A stretch of DNA of 64,000 bases from positions 58,652,001 through 58,716,000 of the forward strand of contig JANJGN010000013.1 in NCBI GenBank assembly GCA_026770705.1, written 5' to 3'. Source of the stretch: Isurus oxyrinchus. Its lineage: Eukaryota. Position numbers and translations under genes: made by a program. Shown here one piece after another: positions 63,971 to 64,000 of this stretch. Each line of letters opens with the position of its first letter. Positions within the stretch are counted from its first letter, which is position 1. The notes under the pieces are model-generated. The model was not told the origin of the DNA, did not search any database, and worked only from the letters and a program-made list of their open reading frames with translations.

Positions 63971-64000
63971 GAAATGATGTTAATTCGTTTGTGTCCACGA

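Noticed and set aside
1-64000. Prokaryotic systems (CRISPR arrays, operons, retrons)
   Set aside because: Spliced Ig exons and vertebrate LINE/SINE content; no regularly spaced repeat-spacer array seen.

Overview
Vertebrate genomic DNA, almost certainly from a cartilaginous fish (shark type), covering part of a multi-cluster immunoglobulin light-chain (IgL) region embedded in dense repeats. Ig content: (i) one open, divergent lambda-like C exon on + (2455-2777) whose interchain-Cys codon position is TGA; (ii) three canonical shark type II/lambda C exons on - (17.5, 35.7 and 46.6 kb), all disabled; (iii) two germline-joined leader+VJ genes on -, one in frame with an octamer promoter (22.0-22.6 kb) and one pseudogene (52.7-53.2 kb). 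No RSS was seen at either VJ junction. The most striking non-Ig structure is a set of three young Penelope-like element (PLE) insertions (0.37, 2.0 and 3.3 kb). Each is a head-to-head fold-back with 3' ends pointing outward, flanked by a 13-15 bp target-site duplication (TSD), and carries a variant minimal hammerhead ribozyme motif (core CUGUCGA) on both arms; all three lie next to Ig exons. The rest is CR1, L2 and RTE LINE debris, tRNA-derived SINEs, solo LTRs, an LTR-element integrase relic, a Harbinger transposase relic and a permuted 28S rRNA fragment. Ig, TSD and ribozyme coordinates were read base by base; boundaries of old repeats are approximate, and family names come from recalled motifs, not database searches.
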